Assembly (NCBI GenBank): GCA_004431415.1
Contig: QPMI01000414.1
Span: 1 to 64,000 of the forward strand
DNA: 64,000 nt
Origin: Cyanophora paradoxa CCMP329
Lineage: Eukaryota > Plantae > Glaucophyta
Reading direction: 5' to 3'
Shown here one piece after another: positions 21,218 to 31,322 of this stretch. The first letter of the stretch is position 1. Each line of letters starts with the position of its first letter. The position numbers and the translations under genes are program-made. The notes below the pieces were generated by a model. That model was not told where the DNA came from and did not search any database. It saw nothing but the letters and a program-made list of their open reading frames with translations.

Positions 21218-23396
21218 ATGCAGAGTCCGGGGCTTCTCGACCTGCAGGACCCGCTGCTGCTCCGCATCGTTCGGCAGGCGTGCAAAGATGAGAATATCGA
21301 TGTCGCTCAAGACGGACCTCCAGCCTTCTGCGACGGGATGCAATTGGAGCACAAACTTCGCGCTTTGGACGCACAGTCAGCTGCATTTCCATCATCGGGG
21401 ACCCCTCGCGAGAGCGAGCCGCTGATCGATCTGCGGCGAGCGTGCCGTCTGCGGCGAGTGTGCCGGCGGCTCGAGAAATTGATGCGAGAGGGCATCGTGG
21501 CGCCGCGGGCGCGGCTGGATCTTACGGATGCCGTACGACGCTTGAATGCTCAGCTGCCAATTCGCGCTGCGGAAGAGGCATTGGGCGCGAAGATCGAAGC
21601 GGCGCTGCGATCGGCGTGCGAAGATGCCGCCCGGGTCGGCGTCACGCTCTCAAGCTCCGAGGACGTTGAGGCCCGAAATGTGCGCAATGCGATTGCAATG
21701 TTTTGAGAATCCCTCCGTGATCGAAATCAAAATCGATGATTTATATTTTTGGAGCGTAGGGCGTCTATAATTACAACTTTGAACCCGTGAGCTTCTCTCT
21801 GGCCCCGATCGCCCGTTTCCGCTTTCTTCGCACATTTTGCTTCAAAGCTCCCAAGTGGATCGCACTGAAAGCCAGCCACGTCTCACCGCTCGTCTTCCTT
21901 CGCCGTCTCTCTCGCCTCGACTTAATGAGCACGTCCATTGCCAGCAGCGCTGCATACTACACGTACCGACAGTCCACCATGAGCCCTGTCAGCTCAGCGG
22001 CGCTCGCCACCCTCTCGCAGCTTCCTCTTTCTGAGCTCCGAGGGTCTTTCGACTGCAGCATGGACGCCCCGAAAGACATTTCGGGCCTGCTGGCTGCCAT
22101 TGCGGCGTCGTTTCCGAAGCTGCGGCGCCTGCTGCTCGATGTCTGCACTCCGTATGACAGATACGCTCGAGGCTATCAAGACCTGCCCGTTGACGTCCTC
22201 GCCCCTCTGGCCTCACTCGCTTCCCTGGAATGTAAGCTCTTCTGCTTCAGATTTCACCAAGTATATATTTAGAATGTATCATGTATCAACGGCCGCGGCC
22301 CGCAGCTCTCATCTTCACGCTCCTCTGTGCTGACGAAACCACTTACACAATCTCATCTCTGGAGCCGCTGGCCAGCCTGTCCCAGCTCAAGCACCTCACC
22401 CTCGAGATCGAGAACGACCTCGACTTGCGCCCGCTCTCGTCTCTGACTTCCCTGCGATGTGCGCCGAGAGTTTGGATCGCTCGGATCGTTTCCGTGGCTT
22501 GACCGACTATAGCTAGGCCTGATCATGAGATATTGATTGCGCAGCACTGTCTACTGGCGGGACCCCCGTCGAGCTTTCGTTCCTTGCGGGGCTCCGCCAA
22601 CTCGAAGCGCTCAGAATCCGCGTGGAGGACAGCCTTCCCCCCTCGCAGCTCCTCCCTCTCGCGCCCCGGCTGCGCCATCTGGAGTTCGACGCCCCTCAAT
22701 TCCACCCTGCTCTCCCTGACGTGCTCCTGCGATTTACTGCGCTTGAGGCAAGTCGTGATATTGCACGCATTTAATTAAAATAAATATTCTATAGCGAGAA
22801 CGGTTATCTGATAGGTTCATTATCAGGAACTCATCCTGATCGAAACCACTGGCTCTGGCAACGCTCTCTCTGGACGGTCACTGACCCCGTGGAGCCGCGT
22901 TCGAAGCCTCGAGCTCCAAGCCAGCTGCTACAGCAACCCTCCGTGGCCGGTTCAAGGCCCGCTTCTCGAGGTTCGTGCTCATGATCAGGAAATTGAAAAT
23001 TATATCGCAGCTGCGCATGCAGCGCATTTCGTTGACACTGCGTTGCAGCGCATTGTTTCCGATATGCCGAGCCTGCGGGAATTATCTTTGAGGGGGACGC
23101 TGCCCAGCCCGCTGCCCGCAGGGGTTGCGGATGCCTTCCGCAACCGCCTCAGCTTTCTGCGCTGTCTGGGGGTGCATGCCAGAAGAGGCACCAAGATTCG
23201 CGAAACGCAAGCCGTGCGTGCGAATGCGCAAAAACTCGCGTCAAATATACATTAAATCTGGGCTGCACGTAATTATACACGAGCGCAGGTTCAGCTCCAA
23301 AAACTGCAGGAGAGTCTGGGTATCAAAGTGGAGAAATGGGATTATCTCCAAACTCTCCTGCACGCGCGAGCAGCTGCAGCTGCGCGTGCTTCATGA
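21218..23396 (+). CDS. F-box-like / leucine-rich-repeat protein (multi-exon)
   Basis: N-terminal LLDLQDPLLLRIV ... LRRVCRRL. LRR units FPKLRRLLLD, LEPLASLSQLKHLTLE, LRPLSSLTSLR, MPSLRELSL. Exon boundaries only partly resolved. Confidence 0.65.
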
Positions 23397-23434
23397 TCAT
23401 CGCCACCTGCACAATGGCTCGTCAGGAGCGAAAT

Positions 23435-23765
23435 GGTTCTGACGTGACGGGCTGGGGGACTGAGGGGGGGGGGGGGGGGGGGGGGTCACCACAACGGCAC
23501 AGATCGCAATGGTATGCATTGTGTGCATGAAACTTTAAAAGTACATGACAAATGCAAAGAAATAGATACCGAAGATGCGGAGTGACAGAACTTGGCGCGC
23601 GATGCATGTAACTGAAAACTTTGGTTTAGCAAAATAGCGTACGTCTGCAAGGCTGCTCAATTTTTGCAGAGCTCGAGGATGAGTGTGCCTGACGAGCGCT
23701 ACGCCTTTGCCATCACCCACTCCCGCGGGGCCGCCCACCCCGTGACCCGGCCCGTCAGAAGCCTA
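23435..23765. mobile_element. Possible decayed MITE (hAT-like end)
   Basis: Imperfect inverted ends GGTTCTGACG..GGGCTGGG / CCCGGCCCGTCAGAAGCCTA, with similar GCGAA(A)T flanks and a non-coding interior. Confidence 0.3.
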
Positions 23766-24000
23766 GCGAATGTCGCGCGCCCGCCTGGAATGATCATGAA
23801 GTGCAACTTGCCAAGCATTAAGCGACCGCGCGACGGGGACGAGGCACGAAACTTGAAAAGTGCTAGCATCGTACAATTTTAGCTGTAGTCTCGCCGTCAT
23901 TTACATGCGCCGAAGTATTTACAACTAAATTTAAAAGCAGAGCAGCTACCTTTGGAGCTGCATGCAAAGGCCTGACGAGCGCTAAGCGAATTTGAAACCA

Positions 24001-25646
24001 GCGCCCGGGAGGGCGGCGGCGAGGAGGCCCCGCGCGAAGGGCTCGAGGTGGGGGGGTACGAGCAGGTCCAGCGCCGGCGGGCAGGGCGGCCCGGGGCGCC
24101 CCGAAGGGCCGGGGCCGGGGCCGCGGAGGGCGGCGAGGAGGCGGAGGCTCCCCTCGCTCTCCGCCGCGAGCCGCAGCCGCAGGCTGCGACAGGGGTACAG
24201 AATCATTGAGGGGTCAGGGGTACGGTGGGAAGGGGTACATGTTTTGATTTGCGGACCGGCGGAGGTTGGGGCAGGCGGCGAGGGCGCCCAGCTCCTCGAG
24301 GGAGGGGTACCCGATCGTGAAGGGGCCGGCGTGGGTCCACGCGCGGAGGGCGCGCGGGGCCGCCCGCGCGAGGGCCGCCGCGGCGGGGCCCTCGAGGACG
24401 GAGGCGGAGGCGGAGGCGGAGGCGGCGGGCCCCGGGGCCGGCCGCAGGTCGAAGGCAACGCGAAGGTCCGAGAGGCGCGGGAGGCGGGCGATGCCCGCCG
24501 CCAGAGGCGCCAGCGCCCCCGCCTGCTCCTCCCCCCCGGGGGGGAGCGACTCGATCCGCACCTCGACGGCCTCCAGGCCCTCGTACCCCCCTCCGGCGCG
24601 GGCGAGGGCGAGGGCGGCGGGCGGGGCGCCCCCGTCGAGGCGCAGGCCGCAGAGGGAGAGGGACGCCAGAGCGCCGGGGCGGGCGGACAGCAGCGCCGCC
24701 AGCGCGGGGCCTGCCGGACCCGTTGATGTCAGCCGCGCCTTCAGCAGGGGCGGAGCGGCGGAGGGGTACGGCGCGCCGTTGGCGAGGGGGCCGCGGACGA
24801 CCAATCGGAGCTCGGATAGGCTCCGGGAGCCGGCGACGCCCGCCGCCAGGCCCTCCAGGAACGCCTGCGGCGGCGAAAGGTGAGGACCGGCAGCCCGAGA
24901 AAGAAACGGAGTACCCCCAGCGCACCTCGGCGGGACGGGAGGCGGGCCCGGAGAGGTCGAGGGAGAGGGAGCGCAGCGTCGGGTGCGCCCCGAGGCGCGC
25001 GGCTGCCGCGGCGCTCAGCGGCTCGCCCCCGTCCACCTGCGAACGCGACGTCAGAAACAAGTAGGATAAACTAAACCAGAGCTTAAGTTTAAGAAGCCAA
25101 GAGGTTTAGAGATTGCGCCCAAGATTTTAAGAGATTGCGCACGGAGCACTGGAGCGATTCGAGGGATGGGAGGCGGGTTAGCGCTTCCAGGGCATCCTCG
25201 CTCAGGAGGCCCGTCGGGCACGCCAGCCGCCGCAGCCGCGAGGGGGCGCCCCGCCCCTCCGCCGCCGCCGCCAGCGCCGCGAGCCCCGCGCCCAGCTGCA
25301 CGTCCTGCGTACCCGTTTGAAAATGGGAGGGGTAGAGTCGGGGGGGAGGGGGGGAGGGGCGGGGTACGCGCACCGGCCCGCAGCGGACCTCGATGGATTC
25401 GAGGAAGGGCCCGGCGCCCGTGAGCGCCCCGTCGGGCGCGCACGAAGCGTACTCGGCATCCTCCCTTGAGGCGGGGCTGGGGGTACGCGCCGCGTAAGCG
25501 GGGGGTACAGGGTTAATCTTTTAATTTTGCAAAAGTGGACGTCGCATTGATACACCACGGCACATGTATCGGGGGGTACAGGGTTAAGTGCAAGTCCGGA
25601 GGAACCTGAAGGTGATGGAGCGCAGGGAGGGTACGGTGGAACAGAA
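24001..25646 (-). pseudogene. Partial, 5'-truncated duplicate of the F-box/LRR gene at 31.3-34.1 kb, introns included
   Basis: Near-identical to about 31447-33047, introns included. Lacks the F-box exons and the native 3' end. Confidence 0.85.
25517..25569 (-). mobile_element. 53-bp insertion with 18-bp target-site duplication (likely an extremely truncated retroposon)
   Basis: CGGGGGGTACAGGGTTAA at 25499-25516 and 25570-25587. The paralogous intron (about 32971-32989) has a single similar copy and no insert. A-rich 3' end on the minus strand. Confidence 0.75.
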
Positions 25647-25960
25647 AGCCACAAGTACAGACTCGATCTGGTCCTTCCCTTCCCCCCCTTCCCTCCCCTC
25701 CCCACCGCCCACCATCTAGATCTTGCCCCAGGAACGAGTTCTCAGCGCTAGCGTTGAAACGAGCGCAAAATGAAACAGCTGCATCTGCAGGGTTTTTCGA
25801 GCTGCACATTCTGCTCATGATCAATAAGAAACGCAATTTCTCAAAACAAGCTCTGAAGCCGAACACGAGGGATTTTCTGTCGACTAGTATTTTTATCAAT
25901 AAGACGGTCGAATTCGAATTCGAAATCAGTCGAAATCGACTTTATACTAATTATCAATAA

Positions 25961-27627
25961 TCAGTCGAAAATCGGGGTGACGCCCCAGTTAGGCCGGCGG
26001 CAAGCGGGGCACTCTGCGAGCTGTGGGACGCAGCCCGCGCAGAAAACGTGCCTGCAGTTCAACAGGAGGCGCCGCTCCGCCGCGGCCTTCTTTTGGAAGC
26101 AAATCTGCGCACGAGGTGTCCGTCTTCTTGGGCGGGCCGCTGGCGGTGAGGGATGCGGCCTGGGGCTGCGCACGGGGCATTCGAACGTAGCGGCGAGAGC
26201 GGCGGCCCGCGTCTTGATTCGAAGGTCTTCCACTCGCTTCGCCGCGGCCTTCAGCCGCTCAGCTGCTGCCTCCAGCTCCGCCTCGCCCCACGGTCGGCCG
26301 CCGGCCTCTGCCCCGCCCTCGTAGAGCGCCGCCCGCCGACGCAGCTCCTCAACGCGATTGCGGAGCTCCTTGATCTCTGATTTCAGCTCCTCCCGCGATC
26401 GCTGCGACTCCGGATCCACAGGCACTCGAAAATTCTGCGGATATTGCGGAAGCTGGAATACCTGACGTTGTGCTCAGAAGAGTCGACATCGTAAGGCCAT
26501 TAGATTATGCAGAGATGATATATAACAGTTTTGAGTTTTATAACATGTACAGCAGATGTTCGAGCGCACCATGGCAACGACTTTTTCGATGGCTGTGGGG
26601 AGTGCGAATCCTGATCCGGAGGAGCAGCGTGGCCATGAAATCAGCTGAGCCTGCAGCTGCGGCGGCAGCCCCGCCTGTGGCAGTAGCGCCGCCCGCACGG
26701 CGCTTTCCTCTCCGTCCGAAACAATGACGATTCTGACACCACGAGCCGCCAGCTGCGCGCAGGCGCATGCAAGCTCTCCCTCCTCTTGCAAAGTCGAGCC
26801 GGCGACATGGACGACGACGGCCGTTGTTGCGAGCTGAATGTTTGCGTCGTGATCACCTTGAAGCTCCGCTGCGTTGGAGGCACCGACAACGTACAGGCTG
26901 GCGGTACAGGAGACGGAAATGCAGATACAATTAATATTATTGTGCAGCAGATATGCACAGTGAATTCGAAGCGAGCTCACGAACCCGTGGGCGCGAAGAG
27001 CGTTTTGAATAATAAATGCGCGATCGCTGCCGCGCTCGCCACCCCACACGACGGCTATCGGAGGCCGGACATGGATCACATTGTTGACGTAGCACCCTGG
27101 CCGGACCGCGGTGATGATTATTTCAGTGGGATCGAAATCGCCCGGAGGCCAGTATTAATGCGCGAAATTCAATCACGCACCGCTCTCGTGAGGGGAAGAG
27201 TTCCGCGTGGTATTTGGCCGATCTTGGCAAACAACAAATCGGCCAGCGCCGACTGCGCGGACGCCCGGCTCAACTTCAATTTAGAATGAAGAAAAATTGA
27301 ATGACGCGTGCCTTCGATTTTGTAGGAATGTAATCCGGGAGGAAGATGTACCAGTGCGACGTAGGCTCGATATCCGCTCTCGTCCACGCGGTTCAGGACG
27401 ACTTTGGACTGCCAGTTATCCCACGACCCTCTGCAGGTCACGCGTTGCTCGGGTTCACGTTCGGGTCCAGTTCCATTCCAGCGAAACTCGACTGGAAACA
27501 ACTGGCCACGGGGCGGAAACATTCCAGCGACGGCCGGCGCCGGCGCCGCGGCCGGCAACTGCGCATGCGCTTGCCGCCTCAAGCTCGAGTTTGGTTGCAG
27601 ATCGGAGCCGCGGAGTCGATGCGCCAT
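25961..27627 (-). CDS. Putative E3 ligase: CBM48 (AMPK-beta-type) + TIR-like domain + coiled coil + C3HC4 RING
   Basis: Six exons splice in frame. VEFRW..VTCRGSWDNW..VHLPPGLHSYK..YVNNVIHV (CBM48); alpha/beta domain IAVVW..ALRAHGLYV..; EELKSEIKELRNRVEEL; CP|ICF..NCRHVFCAGC..CPACR. Confidence 0.75.
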
Positions 27628-27784
27628 GTGAACGAGTTGCTCCGAACGAGTTGCGCTCTAGATCTCCATGTGAACGAGTTAACGTTGCGCTCGAGTTGCG
27701 AGTTGTGAACGAAATCTCGACCGAAGCTTAAGCTCTCTCCCCAACTTCGGCCCCCCCCCCCCCCCCCCCCCCCCCCCAATTCAC

Positions 27785-30327
27785 CGCGCACGTGTGGCGA
27801 CGCGGGGCCGTTGCAGTGGAGTACGATCCCCTCGTCCCGCTCGAGCACCGCCTCGCGAGGCCCAACGATCCGCACGTCTTTGTCCAGCGTCACCTTCTCG
27901 TTGTACCTGTTCAAAATTAATTATAGAAATTGCGATCTCAACTCCAAATTGGGACTCCACTTGCGAGAACACCCCGGCAATCGCGCACCGTCCTGGAGCA
28001 CGCTGAATTGTTTGACCGGGGATGGCGCGCCGCACAGCAGCCATGATGCTCGCGCCGGCGTCAACAAAAATCCTCGAGCTCGAGCTCTGATCAGCTGCGT
28101 ATGCAGCCGATGCTGTCTGCAGCTGTGTAGCCCAGTGGCGACCATTAATATCAATATGAAGTGTTGCGATTGGCGCGAAACATTTATATTTCAGTGTAAA
28201 CGCAAAACGGAGGTACCTCTTGTACAGGCCAAGGCTGAGAGAAATACGGCGTTTGTTCGTGGACCCAATCCCCCCAGCGCTTGTTCGCATGAAAAGCTTC
28301 CACCCCCTGCGGTCGCGATGATTGATTAGCGCTTGAATTAAAATATTCGAGTCCTGCTCGCATGCCTGCAGCAGCATAACTGCGTCTTCCGCACGACGTT
28401 TCTCATCTGCTGCATTGCGCTCTGCAGCCGCGACCAGGCGCTTGAGCTCCGCTGCCTCCTGGACCACTGAATCCAGCGTCTCCTGCATTTGTTAGTCAGT
28501 GACATCTGGTCACATGTAATATCGAATCAACACTATATATACCTCCAGAGATTTCTTCGCACTCTCTGTTTTCTTCATCTCTGCCTCTGCCTTGCGCTGT
28601 GCAGCCTCAGCAGCAGCTTTGTCGCTCTTCGCGACCTCCGCTCGGCGCTTGAGCTCTGCCACCTCTCTCTCCGATGCGGCAAGCCAGCCCTGCGCAGGAA
28701 CGGAGAGAATTGAGGTTCCCTTTGGCGAAGCACAGCCTTCATTATGAAGGCCTGAAGAATGCATTCAAAACGCACATCCAGGGTGGCAGTCTGTTTCTCG
28801 GCGGCCGTCGCTCGGTCTGCGGCAGCGGAGACCTAGACCGTGCAAAGTCGTGCAAATAGGTTAGTCGAGATTAGGTGCGGGGATGCGGATCTGCTTGCAA
28901 ACCGCGACTTTCGCCTCCTTCTCGACCGCACAGAGTTGATTCTGCGATCAATTAAATTTTAATCAGCTCTGGTCACCGGGTCTAATACATTGCGCATGCC
29001 CAATTGCAAGGAGGCAACTAATTATAATCCGAGCCGCACCCTTAGCGCGCAGCACTCGGATTCCAGGACTGCGATCTGGCTCTCGGATGTGGTTGCACGT
29101 TTCGTCGCGGAGGCAATCTGCAATGTTCCTTATATAATAAGTTAAACCGCATAAACACTGAACGAGCTAAATTATAATTATAATTAATTTCGCACCAGCC
29201 CGGCTGCCTCGTCAGCTGAACATTGAGCCTGTAATTTCAGCGTCGCAATTCGCTGCTCGCAATCATGACCATGCCGAGCGATCAGCCGGAATAATATTGT
29301 CATGTCGCACCTCCTGAAGCGTCTCCGTCTCTGCAGCAAAGGCATCCTTTCGCACCGCTTCCTCGCGCACCGCAACCTCCAGGCGCTCCTGTCATGCCGT
29401 ATGAATGATGGATAAAAACAATTTTCAGACGCTCGGAAATCGAGGCATATGCGCATTGATATGCAATTTTACCACGAGAGCGCGGCGTTCGGCATCCAAC
29501 GCTGACGCCCGATCCTCGGCTGCGGCTGCGCGCGCTGTGGCGAGAGCAGCCTGCATGCAGATGCGTCAGTAAGCTGGCGGTCAACGATTTGATCGCACCA
29601 AACCCCGCAGAAATAATATAAATGCAAAATATAAAATCACCGTCATATTTGCCTTATCAGCGGAGATCTCAGCCTGCGCCGGCCCGGCGGGCGAATTCGA
29701 AGCTTCAAGGCTCGATGTCAAATGTGCGCCGAAATTATTGTTCCACGCACCGCCTTGGCCTTCTCCGTCGCAGCGGCGACGAGCTCTGCCTTCATTGCGT
29801 CCCGAGCAGCCGCACGCAAGCACTGCGTGTTTGTTCAGTTTGCGGCTCTCAGAACAGCACAGGATGCCGCAGTGTACGAATGCTCTACAAACTTGCAATT
29901 GCATGCAATTGCACTTGCAATTACAAACTACAAACCGCTTCAAACTCCGACTTGCAATTGCACGCACATTCAGAACCATCCGCGAGCTCCGAGACCTGCG
30001 TAGCATGGCAGCCGGAGCATCGCATGCGATTATTGCCGGCCGAGAATGTATAAATATTAGATATCAGAATATTGCATGCGCATGTGCGCATGCAATATCT
30101 AATAACTGCCGAGCTCGGCCCGGCGGTCGAATACGCACGTGCACCATCGCGACGTCGACGGCCCCTGCAATGCGCGGGCGTACTCGGTTAAGATTTGCGC
30201 CCGGTCGGCAGCATATGTACATGTGTGCGCGCATGGCCGCGAGCTCGATATTGCGCCGGGCCGGCTCACCCGCGGTCGCAATCGATTCGCATGCCGAGAG
30301 CGCGTCGATATCCTGAACGAGCACCAT
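27785..30327 (-). CDS. Multi-exon coiled-coil protein ending in the first turn of a parallel beta-helix domain; appears 3'-truncated
   Basis: Ala/Glu/Lys heptad exons (EVAELKRRAEVAKSDKAAAEAAQRKAEAEMKK). SIMAAVRRAIPGQTIQRAPG|RYNEKVTLDKDVRIVG is a typical beta-helix cap. The last donor runs into a poly-G tract. Start uncertain. Confidence 0.5.
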
Positions 30328-31322
30328 TTAATTTCACCAACACTCGCGCGGCTCAGCGCGCGGCTTAGTATAAACCGACGCGGCTCTCCAGAAACAGTTG
30401 GAATTCTCGCCGACCGAAATCTCGACCGAAGATTTGTATGAGGGGGGAGGGGGCCGGGGAGGGGGGAGAGGCGCCGCATCCCCCTCCGGATCCCCTTCCC
30501 CCTAGGCCTCGCCCTCCATCCAATGATCCCCCCAACCCACTCACCCCACCCCTCCCATGTATCCCCCTTTCCCCTTAAGCTTCTCTCAGAATCTCGTCCC
30601 CCTTCTTCAACTCAAGGGAGTCGCGAAGGAGTTCGCGAATGAGTCGCGCGAACGGATTTTAAATATTCGCAGTTGGAACGAAAATCTTTTTTTTGATTCG
30701 GGACTAAAATTGCTACTTAACAAGCGAGTCCCTGCGGAGCAGGAGTGGCCTTGGGTCTTGGGGTTTCTCAAGGGGTGTGGGTGGCCGCTCTTTGTTTTAA
30801 AACGGGGCCCGCAACCGCGCGCGGTTACTGTTGAGAGGACTACGCCGCCTAGTGAACCAATGGCAATCGCGCAAGAGAGCAAGCTGGAACCAATGACAAT
30901 CTGTTGAGAGCAAGAGAGACCAATGAGAGGACTACTGTTGAGAGCAAGCTGGAACCAATGACAATCGCGCTTGTCCGTGAATGGGTGAATTGACTTTTTG
31001 TGCCAATGGCGATCGGGCTTGACGCGAACAATTTCGTTCGTACGTCCTGTTAGTGCCCATTAGAGGCCTCTCATTGAAAAACCGCCTCGGCCATCGTGTT
31101 CCCTAGGGTCGAAAATGGGTACCTAGGTCCAAAAATTTTCACCTGAATCGCATTTTGAATCCACGGACAGGACAGGCACAGACCTAAGGGCCTCTCCTTT
31201 CCCCAAGGCCGATTATAAACTAATTAGAGTCATAATGTACACATACGAAGTGCTTCGCAAGTTTCCTAGCGGCACGAAAGAGGTCTTCTCACCGTAATGT
31301 ACAAGAGCGAAGTGTTTCGTCT

